A stretch of DNA of 34,134 bases. It comes from Desulfurococcales archaeon ex4484_204 (GTDB lineage: Archaea; Thermoproteota; Thermoprotei_A; Sulfolobales; NBVN01). Shown here in pieces: positions 34,133 to 34,134 of the stretch. The notes under the pieces are model-generated. The model did not search any database, was not told the origin of the DNA, and worked only from the letters and a program-made list of their open reading frames with translations. The DNA is taken from contig NJEF01000005.1 of the NCBI GenBank assembly GCA_002255065.1, positions 1 to 34,134 on the forward strand. The letters are read 5' to 3'. The position numbers and the translations under genes were made by a program. Numbering within the stretch: the first letter of the stretch is position 1; every line of letters starts with the position of its first letter.

Positions 34133-34134
34133 AT

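Overview
This window is a compact archaeal chromosome segment. Gene content points to a hyperthermophilic crenarchaeon (Thermoproteota): S8e, SRP19, PCNA, an archaeal class I CCA-adding enzyme, a tRNA with a bulge-helix-bulge intron, a possible Rpo13, and leaderless-style TATA spacing. Most of it is housekeeping:
- nfnAB-like oxidoreductase (30-2274)
- srp19, rps8e, uppS, acdB, a GPN-loop GTPase, a radical-SAM activase and prs (6033-12238)
- a dense tRNA/RNA-end processing neighbourhood (12246-17416): THUMP methylase, RNase Z, the UPF0201/UPF0200 pair, cca, thpR, and an intron-containing tRNA-Pro(GGG)
- PCNA and serS
- a divergent glycine-cleavage cluster (gcvPB-gcvPA / gcvT-gcvH, 28435-33020)

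Three regions stand out.
1. An A+T-rich island (about 2275-6032) lies between nfnB and srp19. It carries a decayed tyrosine recombinase with six in-frame nonsense codons and no frameshift, a broken P-loop NTPase gene, and an intact propeptide-less proteasome-beta/HslV-like hydrolase preceded by a small basic ORF.
2. A polytopic-membrane HerA/FtsK-type ATPase (19530-21332) has a small acidic, basic-tailed partner. It sits divergent from a Lhr-type helicase that is split into two ORFs. This is a candidate membrane DNA-translocation module.
3. A regulator cluster (25461-27158) holds a truncated TFB paralogue and a wHTH/coiled-coil protein.

Smaller oddities:
- gcvT has no canonical start codon upstream of its conserved N-terminus.
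- gcvH contains a perfect 24-nt in-frame direct repeat.
- An AcoX-like kinase sits beside the glycine-cleavage genes.
- A small ORF runs antisense into the tRNA 3' end.

I saw no CRISPR array and no rRNA. All functional calls come from reading motifs by eye; no database search was possible.
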